64,000 nt of DNA from the NCBI GenBank assembly GCA_963707915.1, contig OY970178.1:2976001-3040000 (forward strand). The letters run 5' to 3'. Positions within the stretch are counted from its first letter, which is position 1. Each line of letters starts with the position of its first letter. Positions 1-8,959 of the stretch are shown here, piece by piece. This stretch comes from Candidatus Eiseniibacteriota bacterium. Lineage in GTDB: Bacteria; Eisenbacteria; RBG-16-71-46. Position numbers and translations under genes: made by a program. The notes beneath the pieces are model-generated. The model was not told the origin of the DNA, did no database searches, and worked only from the letters and a program-made list of their open reading frames with translations.

Positions 1-179
1 ATGGCCCCGCCCGCGCCGTCCGAGACGCTTGCGGGGTGGTCCTGCTCGCCGGCCGCGGTGCAGATCGGTACGTTCACGGTGGGGTCGGTGGGCCAGGCGG
101 CGAGGCCGGGGCGCGGCAGCAGGAACACGAGAGCGAACAGCCCCGCGCGGACGAAGATGGACGCTCTGGTGCCAGGCAT
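1..179 (-). CDS. Secreted protein, 5' part only (runs off the window start)
   Basis: Hand translation from ATG at 179: MPGTRASIFVRAGLFALVFLLPRPGLAAWPTDPTVNVPICTAAGEQDHPASVSDGAGGAI; signal-peptide-like N-terminus followed by an SDGAGGAI beta-repeat-like motif. Not in the ORF track. Confidence 0.7.
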   Translation of the reverse strand, partial: MPGTRASIFVRAGLFALVFLLPRPGLAAWPTDPTVNVPICTAAGEQDHPASVSDGAGGA

Positions 180-243
180 GCTGCGGTCTCCGGGATGTCG
201 ATTCAGGCTGGCGGGCGGATCCGATGCATAGAGTCTAGCCCTG

Positions 244-1713
244 CTACGCCGGTCCGCCAAGGTCGTCCCCGGAGGGGGCGGCCGACCCCAGCCGGTGCAC
301 CCGCAGCGAGTTCGTGGTGCCGGCGGCCCCCGGGGGCGTGCCCGCCACCATCACGATCAGGTCACCGGGCTCGCCGCGGCCGAGTTCGAGCATGGCGCTC
401 GTCACCTGCTGGACCATCTCGTCGGTGGTCTTCACGCTGGGCACGACGAAGGTCTCCACGCCCCAGACCACCGAGAGCTGGCCGCGCACGGCAGGCTCGC
501 TGGTGAAGGCGTAGAGCGGTACCGGCTCGCGGTGCGAGGCCAGCAGGCACACGGTCGAGCCGGACCGCGTGAAGGCGACCAGCGCCTGGGCGCCGAGGTC
601 GCACGCGGTCCGCGCCGCGGCGCGCGCGATGGCCGCCTGCACCGAGGCGCGCTCCCGCAGCGGGGGCAGGTGACGCAGGTCCACGGCCTCGGCGGCGACG
701 ATGATCCGCCGCATGGTGGACACGACCTGCACCGGGTAGCGCCCGACGGTGGTCTCGGCCGTGAGCAGGAGCGCGTCGGCCCCGTCGAGCACGGCGTTGG
801 CCACGTCCGAGACCTCGGCGCGCGTGGGCCGCGAATGGCACACCATCGAGTCGAGCATCTGGGTCGCCACGATGACCGGCCGGCCGTGCTCGCGGGCCAG
901 CTGCACGGCGTGCTTCTGGACGATCGGCACGTCCTCGAGCGGCATCTCGACGCCCAGGTCGCCGCGCGCGACCAGCACGCCGTCGAAGGCCCTGACGATG
1001 GCGTCCATCTGGAGCACCGCCTCGGGCTTCTCGATCTTGGCGTAGACCGGCACGCGCCGGCCGGCGGCGTCCATGACGCGCCGCACTTCGGCGGCGGCGT
1101 CCGCGCTGCGCACGAAGGAGAGCGCCACCAGGTCCACGCCCAGGTCGAGCGCGAAGCGCAGGTCCTCGACGTCCTTGGGCGTCAGCGCGGGGGCGGAGAC
1201 CTTCACGCCGGGCAGGTTGATGCCCTTGTGGTCGGAAACCTCGCCGCCCTCGACGACGCGGCAGGTCACCCGCACGCCGTCGCTGGCGAGGGCCTGGAGC
1301 CGCACCAGGCCGTCGTTCACCAGCAGCGCGTCGCCGGGCCCGACGTCGCGGGCGAGGCCCTCGTAGGTGGTCGAGGCCTGGCGCGCGTCGCCCGCGACCG
1401 GCTCGGTGGTGATGACGAACTCGGCGCCGGTCTCCAGCGTCACCGGGCCGGCGGGGAAGACGCCGAGGCGGATCTTCGGCCCGGAGAGGTCGGCCATGAC
1501 GCCGACCGCCTGCCCGGCCTCGGCGGCGGCGTCGCGCACGCGGTCGTAGTGCCCGCGATGCTGGTCGTAGGTGCCGTGCGAGAAGTTGAGGCGCGCGGCG
1601 TCCATGCCGGCGTCCACGAGGGCGCGCACCGCCTCGGGCGTGCCCGTCGCGGGGCCCAGCGAACAGATGATCTTGACCCGGGGCGTCGCGCCCTCGCTCG
1701 GAGACTTCGACAT
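244..1713 (-). CDS. pyk: Pyruvate kinase
   Basis: Motifs KIICSLGPA, RLNFSHG, DLSGPKIR, AKIEK, VARGDLGVE, ATQMLDSM, PTRAEVSDV. Start moved to ATG 1713 because the ORF-track extension overlaps two tRNAs. Confidence 0.97.
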   Translation of the reverse strand: MSKSPSEGATPRVKIICSLGPATGTPEAVRALVDAGMDAARLNFSHGTYDQHRGHYDRVRDAAAEAGQAVGVMADLSGPKIRLGVFPAGPVTLETGAEFVITTEPVAGDARQASTTYEGLARDVGPGDALLVNDGLVRLQALASDGVRVTCRVVEGGEVSDHKGINLPGVKVSAPALTPKDVEDLRFALDLGVDLVALSFVRSADAAAEVRRVMDAAGRRVPVYAKIEKPEAVLQMDAIVRAFDGVLVARGDLGVEMPLEDVPIVQKHAVQLAREHGRPVIVATQMLDSMVCHSRPTRAEVSDVANAVLDGADALLLTAETTVGRYPVQVVSTMRRIIVAAEAVDLRHLPPLRERASVQAAIARAAARTACDLGAQALVAFTRSGSTVCLLASHREPVPLYAFTSEPAVRGQLSVVWGVETFVVPSVKTTDEMVQQVTSAMLELGRGEPGDLIVMVAGTPPGAAGTTNSLRVHRLGSAAPSGDDLGGPA

Positions 1714-1740
1714 GCGGCCCGACCTTTGGTCCAAGAGAAT

Positions 1741-1770
1741 GACCGCGGCCACTTGCGCGTGGCCGCGGTC
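1741..1770 (-). terminator. Hairpin downstream of tRNA-His, probable terminator or processing stem
   Basis: Perfect 12-bp inverted repeat GACCGCGGCCAC-N6-GTGGCCGCGGTC followed on the minus strand by ATTCTCTT (weak U tract). Confidence 0.55.
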
Positions 1771-1777
1771 GAGAGAT

Positions 1778-1854
1778 TGGGGTGGATGATGGGGCTTGAA
1801 CCCACGACCCCCTGAGCCACAGTCAGGTGCTCTGCCAGCTGAGCTACACCCACC
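1778..1854 (-). tRNA. tRNA-His(GTG)
   Basis: GGTGGGTGTAGCTCAG...CCTGA-CTGTGGC-TCAGG...GTTCAAGCCCCATCATCCACCCCA; G-1 and encoded CCA present. Confidence 0.97.
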
Positions 1855-1894
1855 GCCACTTGAACTCGGTGCTGCGATGTCCGGCGCGAAGGAC

Positions 1895-1971
1895 TGGCGC
1901 GCCTGGAGGGAATCGAACCCCCGACCCACGGATTAGAAATCCGTTGCTCTATCCTTCTGAGCTACAGGCGC
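1895..1971 (-). tRNA. tRNA-Arg(TCT)
   Basis: GCGCCTGTAGCTCAG...ACGGA-TTTCTAA-TCCGT...GTTCGATTCCCTCCAGGCGCGCCA. Confidence 0.97.
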
Positions 1972-2073
1972 AGGACGATCCCCGCCCGGGTCCGCGATCC
2001 CGGAACCGGGGTATTGCTCATCGGACCCGCCCAGGCGGCGGCCCTGCCCGAGGGACCCGTCTGGGCGGCAAGT

Positions 2074-2150
<77 letters not shown>

Positions 2151-2176
2151 GACTGCCCGAAGGCATTCGACGGCGG

Positions 2177-2206
2177 AGGATACGGGCGGGGCTCCGCGGG
2201 CGTCAA
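2177..2206 (-). promoter_or_regulatory. Sigma70-like promoter of the tRNA Pro-Arg-His cluster
   Basis: TTGACG-N18-TATCCT followed by a GC-rich discriminator, just upstream of tRNA-Pro. Confidence 0.6.
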
Positions 2207-2298
2207 ACGCGGCGTCGGCGCCGGTCCGTCGCCGTGCCCCACCCGGCCGCCGTGCCGGCAGGAGGGAAGCCCCCGGAGAATGGGAAGTTACCGGGGCG

Positions 2299-2327
2299 TT
2301 GCGCCGGCGCACCCCGGACCGTATGCT
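2299..2327 (+). promoter_or_regulatory. Sigma70-like promoter for ssb-ssrA
   Basis: TTGCGC-N17-TATGCT, divergent from the tRNA promoter. Confidence 0.5.
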
Positions 2328-2395
2328 CCCCGCACAGCGGTCGGCCCCTGGCGGCACGGACGGCTCCCGGCTGGCATTGAACGAGGGGGAGAAGA

Positions 2396-2824
2396 ATGGG
2401 CGTGAACAAGGTGATCCTGGTCGGGAACCTGGGGGCGAACCCCGAGATGCGGACGACCCAGGGTGGCCAGAAGGTCGCGAACCTGCGGCTCGCGACCACC
2501 GAGCGCTGGACCGACAAGAACGGCCAGAAGCAGGAACAGACCGAGTGGCATCGCGTGGTGGTGTTCGGCAAGCTGGCGGAGATCTGTGGCCAGTACCTCA
2601 CCAAGGGACGGCAGATCTACGTCGAGGGCCGGATCCAGACGCGTCAATGGCAGGACCAGCAGGGCCAGAAGCGCTACAGCACCGAGGTCGTGGCGCAGGG
2701 CATGCAGATGCTGGGCAATCGCACGGACGGGGGTCCGCGCGAGGACTCGAGCGTGATGATGCCGCCCGACGACTCCGCCACGAACGATTTCGGCGGCGGT
2801 CCGGACGACGACATCCCGTTCTAG
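2396..2824 (+). CDS. ssb: Single-stranded DNA-binding protein
   Basis: [27 protein letters not shown] and acidic C-terminal DDDIPF. Confidence 0.98.
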   Translation: MGVNKVILVGNLGANPEMRTTQGGQKVANLRLATTERWTDKNGQKQEQTEWHRVVVFGKLAEICGQYLTKGRQIYVEGRIQTRQWQDQQGQKRYSTEVVAQGMQMLGNRTDGGPREDSSVMMPPDDSATNDFGGGPDDDIPF

Positions 2825-2831
2825 CGCTCCA

Positions 2832-3191
2832 GGGGGCGAATGGTCTCGACGGGGGTCGAGAAGCAGGAAGTGCAGGCCGGGGACCCGTGACCTCGTCAAA
2901 AAAGCGGGACAATTCAACTGCCAATGAGCAGTTGGCTTTCGCTGCCTAGCTAAACACTAGCAGCGACGGCTGCCCGGACCCCGCCTGTGGGGGCTGGAGC
3001 GGGCGTCAGATAAACGCAGGCTGGTCCGATGTCATGCCCGAGGGCGGAGGACGAGAACGATAGAGGGCTGGCGTGCCGCTGATCCCGCCGGTCGGAGCGG
3101 AGGCACGCGAGAACCAATCGGCCGGACAAGCCTGTAGGACTTCCTGGGGACTGACTTTCGGACGCGGGTTCGATTCCCGCCGCCTCCACCA
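2832..3191 (+). ncRNA. ssrA: tmRNA; tag reading frame 2920-2949 encodes ANEQLAFAA
   Basis: 5' GGGGGCGAATGGTCTCGAC pairs with 3' GGTTCGATTCCCGCCGCCTCCACCA; internal tag ends LAFAA-stop; 360 nt. Confidence 0.96.
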
Positions 3192-3285
3192 ATTCCCGGG
3201 CCGTTCCCGCGAGGGAGCGGCCCGGAGCCCGCCGCGATTTGCCGGCCGACGGTCCACCGATGCACCCAGCGGAGCGCTTCGCCCC

Positions 3286-6200
3286 ATGAGCCCCTCCGGG
3301 AAGAGCACCCGAGCCAAGCGCTCCAGGGTGGCCGCCGCCCGCCCCGCCGCGAAGCCGTCGCGCCAGCCTGCCAGGCCTGCGCGCGCTCCCGCGAAGCCTG
3401 CGCGCAAGCCCACCCGCGCCGCCGAGGCGCTGCGCGAGAGCGAGGCCAAGTTTCGGATGCTGGTGGGGGAGGCCACGGACGGCATCACGATCACCGATTC
3501 CGAATGGCGCTTCCTCGAGGTGAACCCGAGCTTCTGCGAGCTGGTCGGCTACACGCGGGAAGAGTTGTCGGGGATGTCGGTGCGGGACATCGGGGTACGG
3601 GAGGACCTGGAGCGCGAGCAGCTCCGCGTCGAGGACCTCGCCGCCGGACGGAAGATCCTCACCCAGCGGACCCTGCGCCGCAAGGACGGCACCGTCCTGG
3701 CCGTGGAGATCGGCGCGCGGAGCCTGCCCGATGGGACGGTCCTGAGCGTGGTCCGCGACATCACCGAGCGCCGGAAGGCCGAGCAGGCGCTCGTGTCATC
3801 CGAGGCCAGGTATCGCGCGCTGCACGACTCCCTGATGGACGCCTTCGTCATCGTGGCCCGGGACGGGCGGATCCTGGAATTCAACGAGCCGTACCGCGCC
3901 ATGCTCGGCTACGAATCCGGGGAACTGCTGGCGCGCACCTACATGGATCTCACGCCGGAGCGCTGGCACGCGCTCGAAGTCGAGGTGGTCGAGAAGGAGA
4001 TCCTGCCGCGGGGACATTCCGTGGTCTACGAGAAGGAATACCGCCGGAAGGACGGCACCGTCTTCCCGGTGGAGCTGCGGGCGATGCTATTGCCCGACGC
4101 CGCGGGCGCACCGACGAGGATGTGGGCGCTGGTGCGCGACATCAGCGCGCGCAAGCAGGCGGAGGCCGACCTGCGCGAGAGCGAGGAACGCTTCAGGGGC
4201 GTGTTCCACTCGGACCTGCTGGGCATCGTCTTCGGAGCGGCCGGGGGCACGTTCGTCGATGCCAACGAGTACTTCCTGCGCCTCACGGGCTACACCCGCG
4301 AGGACCTGCTGGCGGGCCAGGTGCGCGAGGACGTCATCTTCTCCCCCGAGGAGCTCGCCCGGGCGCGCGAGAATCCGCGGTGGAACCGGGACACCGGCGT
4401 CGCCCTCCCGTTCGAGTCCGAGTTCGTCCGCAAGGACGGCACCCGGGTGCCGGTCCTGACCGGCGCCGCGTTCCTCGAGCCGGAGCGCCGGTTCGCCGTC
4501 GGATTCGCGCTGGACCTGACGGAGCTCAAGAGCGCGCAGCGCCGCCTGTCGGACAGCGAGCGTCACCTCGAGAAGTCGCAGGAGCTGGCGCACGTGGGGA
4601 CCTGGACGGCGGGCGCCGGGACCACCACCGCGACCTTGTCCGACGAGATGGCGAGCATCCTCGGCTTCCCCGAGGGCACCCGGACGATCGAGCTGTCCCG
4701 CTTCCTGGAGCGGGTGCACCCCGACGACCGCGAACGGATCGGGCGCGACCTGCGCGGGGCGCTGGAGCGGCCGGCGAGCATGCGCTACGAGCACCGCGTG
4801 GTGTGGTCCGACGGCAGCGTGCGGTTCCTCGAGACCGTGAGCGAGCCGGGGCTGGACGAAGCGGGCCGCTTCACGAACCTGCTGGGAGTCACGCAGGACG
4901 TCACCGAGCGCCGGAACACGGCGCGGCGACTCGCGGAGAGCGAGTACTACCTCGAGCGGGCCCAGCAGTTGGCCCACGTCGGCACCTGGGACGCCGACCT
5001 CGCGACCATGACCGCCAAGTTCTCCGACGAGTTGCTGCGCATCCACGGGCTGCCGGCCGGCCTGAAACAGGTCCCGTTCGCGGATTTCATCGCGTCCATC
5101 CACCCCGACGACCGCGCGGCCGTGCAGCAGGCCATCCGCGAGGAGATCGCGCGGCCGGGCCAGCGGAACTTCGAGCACCGCATCGTGCGCCCCGACGGCT
5201 CGGTGCGCGTGGTCGCGGCCACCTCCGAATCGGTGGTGGACGCGTCGGGCCGCCCGCAGCGCATCATCGGCTCGGTCCAGGACGTCACCGAGCGCCGCCT
5301 GCTCGAGCTGCAGCTGCGCGAGGCGCAGCGGCTGGAGTCCATCGGCCGGCTCGCGGGCGGGGTGGCGCACGACTTCAACAACCTGCTCACGGTCATCCTC
5401 GGCTTCACCGAGACCCTGCTGGAAGGCCTGCCGGCGGGGGACGAGCGCCGCGCGAGCGCCGAGCAGGTCCGCTCGGCCGGGCGGCGCGCGGCCGAGCTCA
5501 CTCAGCAACTGCTCGCCTTCGGGCGCCGGCAGGTGCTTCGCACGCGGGTGTTCGACCTGAACGAGGTGCTGGCGGAGCTGCGGGACATCATCCGGCGGCT
5601 GGTCGGCGAACAGGTCGAGCTCGGGATCTCCACCGACACCGTGCCGTGCCTGGCCCGCGCCGACCAGGGCCAGATCGAGCAGGTCATCGTCAACCTGGCG
5701 CTCAATGCCCGCGACGCCATGCCCGCGGGCGGACGCCTCGACATCTCGGTACGGAACGTCGATCTCGCCGCGGACGGGAAGGGCGGCCTGGCCGGGCGCT
5801 GCCTGCAGCTCACCGTGAGCGATACGGGCACGGGCATGAGTCCCGAGGTCCGGGCCCAGATCTTCGAGCCGTTCTTCACGACCAAGGACCTGGGGCAGGG
5901 GACCGGGCTCGGTCTCGCCACGGTCCACGGTGTCGTGCTGCAGACCGGCGGCCGCATCGAGGTGAGCAGCGTCCCCGGGAAGGGTTCGACCTTCCGCGTG
6001 TTCCTGCCCTGCGCTGCCGGGGTGGCCGGGGCCCAGGAAGCCGCCTCCGTGCCCGCGCCGTCCGAATCGCGCGGCGAGGAGACCGTGCTCCTGGTCGAGG
6101 ACGAGAGCTCGGTGCGGGAGTTCATCGCCGGGGCGCTGCGCCGCGGGGGCTACCAGGTGGTCGCTGCCGCCGACGGCGACGAGGCGATCGACGCCGCCCA

Positions 6201-6450
6201 CCGGCACGCCGGCGTCATCCACCTGCTGGTCACGGACCTCGTCATGCCGGGGATGACCGGCCGGGAGCTGGCGCGCTACCTGACCCACGAGCGCCCGGGC
6301 CTGCGGGTCCTCTTCATCTCGGGCTACAGCGACCAGCGGAGCGAGTCGCGGGCCGGCGAGGGCGTGGCCGAGGCCTTCATGCAGAAGCCCTTCACGGCGG
6401 CGACCCTCGCCCGCCAGGTCCGGCAGGTCCTGGACGCCCCCGGCCCCTGA
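3286..6450 (+). CDS. Multi-PAS/PAC hybrid sensor histidine kinase with C-terminal receiver
   Basis: About five PAS/PAC repeats, H-box LAGGVAHDFNNLL, N-box NLALNARDAM, G-boxes DTGTG/GTGLGL, receiver LLVED...TDLVMP...KPF. Start placed at ATG 3286 because the longer ORF overlaps tmRNA. Confidence 0.93.
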   Translation: MSPSGKSTRAKRSRVAAARPAAKPSRQPARPARAPAKPARKPTRAAEALRESEAKFRMLVGEATDGITITDSEWRFLEVNPSFCELVGYTREELSGMSVRDIGVREDLEREQLRVEDLAAGRKILTQRTLRRKDGTVLAVEIGARSLPDGTVLSVVRDITERRKAEQALVSSEARYRALHDSLMDAFVIVARDGRILEFNEPYRAMLGYESGELLARTYMDLTPERWHALEVEVVEKEILPRGHSVVYEKEYRRKDGTVFPVELRAMLLPDAAGAPTRMWALVRDISARKQAEADLRESEERFRGVFHSDLLGIVFGAAGGTFVDANEYFLRLTGYTREDLLAGQVREDVIFSPEELARARENPRWNRDTGVALPFESEFVRKDGTRVPVLTGAAFLEPERRFAVGFALDLTELKSAQRRLSDSERHLEKSQELAHVGTWTAGAGTTTATLSDEMASILGFPEGTRTIELSRFLERVHPDDRERIGRDLRGALERPASMRYEHRVVWSDGSVRFLETVSEPGLDEAGRFTNLLGVTQDVTERRNTARRLAESEYYLERAQQLAHVGTWDADLATMTAKFSDELLRIHGLPAGLKQVPFADFIASIHPDDRAAVQQAIREEIARPGQRNFEHRIVRPDGSVRVVAATSESVVDASGRPQRIIGSVQDVTERRLLELQLREAQRLESIGRLAGGVAHDFNNLLTVILGFTETLLEGLPAGDERRASAEQVRSAGRRAAELTQQLLAFGRRQVLRTRVFDLNEVLAELRDIIRRLVGEQVELGISTDTVPCLARADQGQIEQVIVNLALNARDAMPAGGRLDISVRNVDLAADGKGGLAGRCLQLTVSDTGTGMSPEVRAQIFEPFFTTKDLGQGTGLGLATVHGVVLQTGGRIEVSSVPGKGSTFRVFLPCAAGVAGAQEAASVPAPSESRGEETVLLVEDESSVREFIAGALRRGGYQVVAAADGDEAIDAAHRHAGVIHLLVTDLVMPGMTGRELARYLTHERPGLRVLFISGYSDQRSESRAGEGVAEAFMQKPFTAATLARQVRQVLDAPGP

Positions 6451-6705
6451 CCGCGTTCCTCGTGCCGCCCGGCGCTGCGCCCTCCGGTGCACCGTCGATG
6501 GGGCACGTAGGAGAGCCTTCAGCACGCCCAAGTCCTGCCCGGCCACTCCGTTCCCTTCGCCGCCCCGGCCCAGGTGCCCGGCCGCGCGCCGCTGCCACCC
6601 GGCCTCCAGCGACGCTCCACGACGTGGCTCCCGGGCGTGGCTGTGGGTATCGGGAGGCCCCTCCGGGGCGGGGCGGGCGTCCCCGGATCACCGGTCCGAT
6701 TCCGC

Positions 6706-6735
6706 TTGCGGCCGGCCGGTCCGGGCGCTTAGTCT
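6706..6735 (+). promoter_or_regulatory. Sigma70-like promoter for yggS operon
   Basis: TTGCGG-N18-TAGTCT, 9 nt before the GTG start. Confidence 0.45.
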
Positions 6736-6744
6736 CGCGCGCTT

Positions 6745-7446
6745 GTGGATTTCGATAAGGGCACCCTCCGGCAGCGCTTGGACGATGTCCGCGGCCGCAT
6801 CACGGCGGCGGCGGCCCGTTCGGGGCGCCCCGTGGAGCGGGTGACGCTCGTCGGAGTCACCAAGACGGTGCACGCGGAGGCGGTGCAGGCGGCGGTCGCT
6901 CTCGGCCTGGCCGACCTGGGCGAAAGCCGGGTGCAGGAAGCGCAGGCCAAGATCCTGGCCGTGGGCCGGGACCGGGCGCGCTGGCACCTCATCGGCCACC
7001 TGCAGCGCAACAAGGCCGGGCGGGCGGTCGAGTTGTTCGACCGGGTCCACGGCGTGGACGACGCGGAACTGGCCGGGGCGCTCTCCCGGCACGCCGTTTC
7101 GTCCGGGCGCTCGCTCCCGGTGCTGGTGGAGGTGAACGTGAGCGGCGAGGCCACCAAGTTCGGCGTCGCCCCGGAAGGGCTCGAGCCCCTGCTCGAGCGC
7201 GTCGCGGCCCTGCCGGGCCTGAGGCTCGATGGCCTCATGACCGTGGGGGCTCCGGCCGATCATGCAGAGGCTGCGCGCGCCGGGTTCGCCCGGCTGCGCG
7301 CGCTGCGCGACCGGGCGGAACAGCGGTTCGGGCGGTCGCTGCCCGAGCTCTCGATGGGGATGAGCGGCGACTTCGAGGTGGCGGTCGAGGAAGGCAGCAC
7401 GATGGTGCGCGTGGGATCGGCGATCTTCGGGGCGCGGCCCGCGTAG
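6745..7446 (+). CDS. yggS: PLP homeostasis protein, YggS family
   Basis: VGVTK, WHLIGHLQRNK, VNVSGEATKFG, LSMGMSGDF, MVRVGSAIFG. Confidence 0.96.
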   Translation: MDFDKGTLRQRLDDVRGRITAAAARSGRPVERVTLVGVTKTVHAEAVQAAVALGLADLGESRVQEAQAKILAVGRDRARWHLIGHLQRNKAGRAVELFDRVHGVDDAELAGALSRHAVSSGRSLPVLVEVNVSGEATKFGVAPEGLEPLLERVAALPGLRLDGLMTVGAPADHAEAARAGFARLRALRDRAEQRFGRSLPELSMGMSGDFEVAVEEGSTMVRVGSAIFGARPA

Positions 7447-7473
7447 CGCCGGGTCCGGGTGGAGGCTCACGAC

Positions 7474-7773
7474 ATGTTCGTGGTCGGGAATTTCCTGAAT
7501 GCGGTGGCGGGGTTGCTGGACGTGGTCCTGCAGGCCCTGCTGGTCGTGATCCTCATCAACGCCGTGCTCTCGTGGGTGCGGCCGGATCCGTCGAACCCGA
7601 TCGTGGCGTTCCTGGACCGCGTCTCGGATTTCGTCTGCGACCCGCTGCGCAGGCTGTTCCCGACGGTGTTCGGCGGCATCGACTTCGCGCCGTTCATCGC
7701 CATGCTGGCGATCTACTTCGTCCAGCAGTTCGTGATCGCATCGTTGCGCGGCGCGGCGCTGCGGATGGGCTGA
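7474..7773 (+). CDS. yggT: YggT family membrane protein
   Basis: VLSWV.PDP.NPIV..L, P...GGIDFAP; GGAGG before ATG 7474; follows yggS. Confidence 0.92.
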   Translation: MFVVGNFLNAVAGLLDVVLQALLVVILINAVLSWVRPDPSNPIVAFLDRVSDFVCDPLRRLFPTVFGGIDFAPFIAMLAIYFVQQFVIASLRGAALRMG

Positions 7774-7775
7774 GC

Positions 7776-8093
7776 ATGCCGGTCCGCCTGCAGGTGCGGG
7801 TGCACCCCGGCGCGCAGCGGCCGGGGCTGGTGGGACGGCTGGCGGACGGGTCGCTCAAGGTGGCGGTGGCCGAGGCCCCCGAGGGGGGCCGGGCGAACCG
7901 GGCGGTGGAGGTGCTGGTGGCGGGGCTGCTGTCGCTCCGGCGCACGCAGGTGAAGGTGGTGGGCGGCGCGGCCGCACGCCTCAAGCAGGTCGAGATCGAG
8001 AGCCTGGACGCGGCGGACGTCGAGCGCCGGATCGTCGAGGCGCTGGCGGGTGCACGCGGAAGGCGTGGCGGAGAGGCGTCCCATGGCAAGTGA
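7776..8093 (+). CDS. yggU: DUF167 (YggU) family protein
   Basis: VRVHPGA, LKVAV...PEGGRAN, G...RLK; yggS-yggT-yggU synteny. Confidence 0.9.
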   Translation: MPVRLQVRVHPGAQRPGLVGRLADGSLKVAVAEAPEGGRANRAVEVLVAGLLSLRRTQVKVVGGAAARLKQVEIESLDAADVERRIVEALAGARGRRGGEASHGK

Positions 8094-8919
8094 GTACCTG
8101 GAGCGGATCGAGGAGGCGGCGGCGGCGGTGCGCGCGCGCACGCGGGTGCGGCCCGAGGTCGGGGTGATCCTCGGCACCGGGCTGGGCGACTTCGCGGACG
8201 CGCTCGATCTCGAGACGATGATCCCCTTTGCGGAGATCCCGCACTTCCCGGTCTCGACCGTGGAGAGCCACGCGGGCGAGCTGCACCTCGGCCGGCTGGC
8301 GGGACGTCCGGTGGCGGTGATGAAGGGGCGCGTCCACTACTACGAAGGCTACGCCATGCGCGAGGTCGCCTTCCCGGTGCGCGTGCTCCGGGCCCTCGGC
8401 TGCGGCACGCTGGTCATCACGAACGCCGTGGGCGGGATGAACCCCGACATGCCGCCGGGGTCCATCGTGGTCACGACCGACCACATCAACCTGATGGGGG
8501 ACAATCCGCTGGTCGGTCCCAACGACGACGAGTTGGGCCCGCGCTTCCCCGACATGAGCGAGCCCTACTCGCGCGCGCTGGTCGCGCTCGCGGAACGCGT
8601 CGCGCTCGACCTCGGGATCACGCTGCAGCGCGGCGTGATGGTCGCGGTGCCGGGCCCGAACCTGGAGACCGCCGCCGAGTACCGTTTCCTGCGCGCGGTC
8701 GGGGCCGACATCGTCGGCATGTCGCTGGTGCCCGAGAACCTCGCCGCCGTGCACGGCGGGCAGCGGGTGCTGGCGCTCAACGTGGTGACCGACGCCTGCC
8801 TGCCGGACGCCCTGGCGCCCGCCAGCATCCCCGAGATCCTGGCGTGCGCGGGACGAGTGGCGCCCACGCTCATCCGGCTGGTGACGGAGGTCATCCGTCG
8901 CCAGGGCGACGTGAAATGA
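8083..8919 (+). CDS. Purine nucleoside phosphorylase (trimeric PNP/XapA type)
   Basis: ILGTGLG, GRVHYYEGY, TNAVGG, DHIN, GPRFPDM, GPNLET.AE, GADIVGMS. Confidence 0.93.
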   Translation: MASEYLERIEEAAAAVRARTRVRPEVGVILGTGLGDFADALDLETMIPFAEIPHFPVSTVESHAGELHLGRLAGRPVAVMKGRVHYYEGYAMREVAFPVRVLRALGCGTLVITNAVGGMNPDMPPGSIVVTTDHINLMGDNPLVGPNDDELGPRFPDMSEPYSRALVALAERVALDLGITLQRGVMVAVPGPNLETAAEYRFLRAVGADIVGMSLVPENLAAVHGGQRVLALNVVTDACLPDALAPASIPEILACAGRVAPTLIRLVTEVIRRQGDVK

Positions 8920-8959
8920 GACCGAGGACTCTTCCGATCGGCGACACGGAGGTGTGACG

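Noticed and set aside
1713..1929. N-terminal extension of pyruvate kinase in the ORF track
   Set aside because: It is a read-through of tRNA-His and tRNA-Arg sequence.
3191..6745. Genomic island integrated at tmRNA
   Set aside because: No integrase, no duplicated tmRNA 3' end noticed, composition like the rest of the window.
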